A DNA stretch of 62,380 nt, the filler included, from Rhabdomonas costata (lineage: Eukaryota), in the NCBI GenBank assembly GCA_019059605.1. It is 30 parts of 30 records of this genome, joined end to end, with 100 filler letters (N's around TTAATTAATTAA, not from the genome) between each part and the next. Parts side by side here need not be neighbours in the genome. Positions count along the whole stretch, not along the records: positions 58,322 to 60,300 come from JAHMHO010006777.1; positions 60,401 to 62,380 come from JAHMHO010006778.1; 28 more parts are not named here. The stretch is one strand, 5' to 3'. The notes under the pieces were generated by a model. That model had not been told where the DNA came from, made no database searches, and saw only the letters and a list, made by a program, of their open reading frames with translations. This document shows, piece by piece, positions 58,881 through 62,380 of the stretch. Both the position numbers and the translations under genes were made by a program. Every line of letters begins with the position of its first letter. The first letter of the stretch is position 1.

Positions 58881-60400
58881 GTGCGCAGGGGTGTCCACCT
58901 TGCGAGCTCTGACTAAGAAAAGGTCCCATAGAGGAACTTCTGCGAGAAACCACGAAGCAAGAAATATTGGAAGAGAGACCAGAAAAAGAAAAAAAAAGGA
59001 ATGGAAGGACTGCAAAAGAGCGGAAAATCGGGTAAGTGGAAAGAGTTCGTTGCGCGAGGTTCCATTATGAAAGGGCATTTTGTGGGGACTTACAGAAGGT
59101 GAGGCTGCGGGTTGCGAAGGGACCGGAACACGAGTCATCCTTGGGTGAGCTTGGGAAAATGTCAGAGGACTGAGCAGGAGGCAGCGGGTGAGTGAACATA
59201 GGTGGGTGGATGACTCCGTTTCCACGGTAGCCGTTCCCACACTGCAGCCCAGAGGGGTGGCCGTGCTGAAGGCGCGGCCCTGCCCTCGCTTTTGCGCACG
59301 GGAATGCGGGCACAAGGAGCGCTAACCTGCAGACTTGTACGACAAGTGTCTGCACAGCTGGTGGGGTGCCCGAGTCGTAGGTACCCCGAGTCGTAGCTGA
59401 CCTGCTACCACAAACCTGAAGTTTCACACGTTCCCCCAAAGGGCCCTGGAGCTCTCTGAACAGGTCCTCCAGTTCTCCCAAATTCGGTGAGCACCTCATT
59501 GTATCTCCAGCAGGCCAACAAACCACCGCAAGCCCCCCTTCAGAGTCTCGTTCACTGGTCGCCTTCCCGAGCATCCAATACTTTCGGCCAATGGCCATCT
59601 TTGCTGGGTGTGCTGGGGCGCATCCCACCCATCGGCAACTCGTTCTGCTGGAGCGCTACTTCCTCACCGTGGCTGAGCCCCCTCGACCCAGCCACCCAGA
59701 GTCTTTTTCACCCGTCCTTCAACCGGCAATGCCCACCGTTGGCTCATGTCCCTATTGGTTGAAAATTTCGGTTGCGGGTAGCAGGGCGATGACCTGGGGG
59801 TAACGAGACCCCCTTTGCTATCTGTGCCATATCTCAGTGGTTTGCGGTTACTCTGACAACACAAGGCTTTTCGGTTATTAGCAAGAAAATTAACCTTCAA
59901 CCTCAACATAATACACAACAGCTACCTGATTCGTTCTTGTTTTCATTTACAAACTTCAGAAGAACACTTCGGAACTCAGCGTTGAGGTCCATTATAACCG
60001 CCACAACGCAATATGTACTTCCTTACTCGATCCGATCCGTGCCAGGGAATTATCACCCTCTGTTGTTCATGTTTTGATTATTTATTCTATAAATTATTAT
60101 TACAAACGGGGCCTGGATAGGTTCTTCTCAGCACCACAAACTAACATGTAAATCACAAAAAGGATTTCAGGATAAATTCCAGCACTCTCCACCAGGCGTG
60201 TGAAAATTTCAATAATAAGTAATCAATTAAAGCAATTTTATTTTTTAAATATAATGTGAGAACACAGGCCCGGCATTAAGTTGCCGAACAAAGTCGGAAA
60301 NNNNNNNNNNNNNNNNNNNNNNNNNNNNNNNNNNNNNNNNNNNNTTAATTAATTAANNNNNNNNNNNNNNNNNNNNNNNNNNNNNNNNNNNNNNNNNNNN

Positions 60401-61540
60401 GTGGTGGGTGTGTTTGGGGGTGGGGGGCGGTTCGTTCGGCCCTTCGTGGCGATGAACGTCAAAATGTACCCTGGTGGCTTGGGGAGCTGGCCCCATTGGT
60501 TAATTTCGTACTTCTCTGTGCAACGCTATATGGCACGTTTCATGTGAAAGGTGAGAGCTTTGAGCGTCTGCGTCAATCCCCAGAAACTAAGGAAACGCGC
60601 ACTTCAAAATACTCCTTCGGTACTGTCTGGGAGCGCAGAAGGTCAACCATCTTCTCAAAGTAGTGTGGTATCCAATACTCCCTGCCTTCGTCGAGGAGGC
60701 GGAGTATGACCCTAAATGCCTCCCAGATTCGCTTTGGAAACAGTGCTGGGCAGGGAGGTTTCGGGATTCAAAACCAGGAACTATCCCAAGTGCTGAGTTT
60801 TTCGCCTCCGCGCTGGCAGATTACTCGGGAGCTTTCTCTCCGAATGGAGAAACAGCCCCCCTTTGTTAGGCACTGTGATCCGCTACCCACGAACTCTGCA
60901 GCCGCACTGTATGCCCAAAGCGTTCTCAGTGACTCGGAATGAGGATCCTCCCAGCACGCTCAAGTGGTAAAAGATCAGCTATTTGCTCAACACTTCAGAA
61001 GGAACTTTGTGTCTCTGACGCTTCCATGCGGGAGGTTAACCAGCAAAAGCCACCAACACGCAGGTGCGTGGCTCAGTGTGCCTTCGAAGACGACTTTGGG
61101 CTTCTACTTCGACAAAGGGGAATTTCTGCTGCTGGCATACTTCCACCTGGGACTTCCTCTGCTCCCAGCTGCAGCGGCGCGCATCACCAGAGATCAATGC
61201 AGCCTTTTGACGTCTTCGGCGACCACCTCGTCTCGTGCCGGTATTCTGGTGCCTGGAAACGCCACAACAGGTTCTGTGCGGAAGCTGCCACGAGTGCCCT
61301 GAAGGGAAGCGTTCCTGGAAAAACTTTTCTCATGGTGAAGGTGTGCGAGACGGAAAACGACATCGGATTTCCCGGTCAGCCTCAGCAGCCCTGCTGGTAG
61401 AGAGTTGCAGCGGCTCTCCGCAAGGTGGTGGCGCGCCAGCTGAGCGGCGTCTACTCTCAGAGTAGTGGCTCGTGGACTGCGGCGTTTCCGGCGACGAACC
61501 GGATATCTCCTGCCCTCAGGAGAGTGGGCCACTAAAAGCC
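60401..61540 (+). mobile_element. Decayed CRE-like (RLE-type) non-LTR retrotransposon, post-RT region
   Basis: Frameshifted but ordered motifs: 'ILLRYCLGAQKVNHLLK', 'LWKQ..GGFGI', 'HAGAWLSVP...EFLLLAYFHLGLP', 'DVFGDHLVSC..GAWKRHN' (zinc knuckle + RHN) and 'W*RVAAALRKVVARQL'. Confidence 0.75.
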
Positions 61541-62380
61541 CCCCCCCCCCGTGGTCGGTTTGCTTTGTTGTGTTTCCACCCTCGCACGCACTCCCGTAGA
61601 CACAAATTGACAAACACCCAGACCACAGATCACTCTGAGAGTGAGAGAAACACAGCGCTGTGGGGGCGCAGTGGGGGCTCGAGAGGAGACGGTTGGAGAC
61701 CTGCACACACAAGCAAATCACAGAAATCAGTCCATCCAAGTCCTCTCACACACACACAAGGGGTGCGCCAGCCGTTCCGTGTGTGTGTGTGTGTGTGTGT
61801 GGGAGTTGCGAAGTGGTGGCGATTTCCTTTCTCCTCTGCCACCCCGTCTGCTCTGGGATTATGCGAGCGGGAGTAGAGATCGCGTTGGCAGGTTCCTTAC
61901 CTTGCTCGTTTGCTTTTGTGGTTGTGTTTTTTTTAAAGCTCGCAGTAAATAAGGGCCGAGGGTGCGACGAACCCAAGCGAGCTCTCAAAAAAAAGAAGTC
62001 TCGTCAAAACACTTAAAAATGAATAAATTCCCCTAATTGCATTTAATCAAACACTGCCAGCAAAAATGCGTGTGAAGACTGTGTGTGGGTTTCACCCAAT
62101 TCACCTTGACATTTTCACCAGCACACGAGCATCCAGAAAATAGGGTAAAAAACAGGGAGGGAAGGGGGGGGGGGCATCCCTCTCCCAACCCTCCGGAAGC
62201 CAGTCTACAGTTTTCAAAACACTTTTACACCTAAATGGGATGAAACGGTTATACACAAAAAAAATAAACCAATTGGCAAACATGCACACGACAATAAGAG
62301 CGCTGTGTGATCCACACGACCCGTTCCGCACTTCCTTCCCTTCCCTTCCCTTCCTTCAGCACTTCACCACAACCTAGTCC

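Noticed and set aside
59065..59803. ORFs downstream of the MDR first exon
   Set aside because: They do not continue the dehydrogenase and show no recognisable domain. Probably intronic or decayed repeat sequence.
1..62380. rRNA, tRNA, CRISPR arrays, prokaryotic operons or defence systems
   Set aside because: None recognised by eye. The sequence is spliced eukaryotic DNA in unlinked 2-kb pieces.

Overview
This is not one continuous locus. It is 30 unlinked contigs of about 1.97-2.02 kb, joined by 29 artificial 100-nt spacers (44 N + TTAATTAATTAA + 44 N). Contigs: 1-1982, 2083-4064, 4165-6146, 6247-8228, 8329-10310, 10411-12392, 12493-14474, 14575-16555, 16656-18634, 18735-20714, 20815-22794, 22895-24865, 24966-26946, 27047-29066, 29167-31181, 31282-33262, 33363-35342, 35443-37423, 37524-39503, 39604-41583, 41684-43663, 43764-45743, 45844-47823, 47924-49903, 50004-51982, 52083-54061, 54162-56141, 56242-58221, 58322-60300, 60401-62380. 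The DNA is nuclear sequence from an intron-rich eukaryote. Hand-splicing at GT-AG sites, with reading phase kept across every junction, rebuilds pieces of VPS53, a kinesin, a fidgetin/spastin AAA ATPase, RRM proteins, an SLC35-type transporter, ZMYND12-like and C8orf76-like proteins, an SGNH hydrolase, an EcKL kinase, a class III nucleotide cyclase, a PP2C-like protein, PH and HEAT proteins, a cullin, a PLD-like protein and an MDR dehydrogenase; one TLC-domain gene is intronless. Start codons sit just downstream of AG sites, usually after T/pyrimidine-rich tracts, and donors are mostly GTNY. Both point to a spliced-leader trans-splicing euglenozoan, probably a euglenid (inference). The contigs are unlinked, so no multi-gene system can be claimed. 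Best leads: a DINE-1/HINE-like (Helentron-type) non-autonomous element in an intron; three unnamed interspersed repeat families; a PLD whose HKD motif reads CxNxxxxD; an orphan receiver-domain exon just behind a transporter gene; two AT-rich intronless islands that may be foreign or viral; and a decayed CRE-like retrotransposon. All family calls come from motif recognition by eye, not from database searches.
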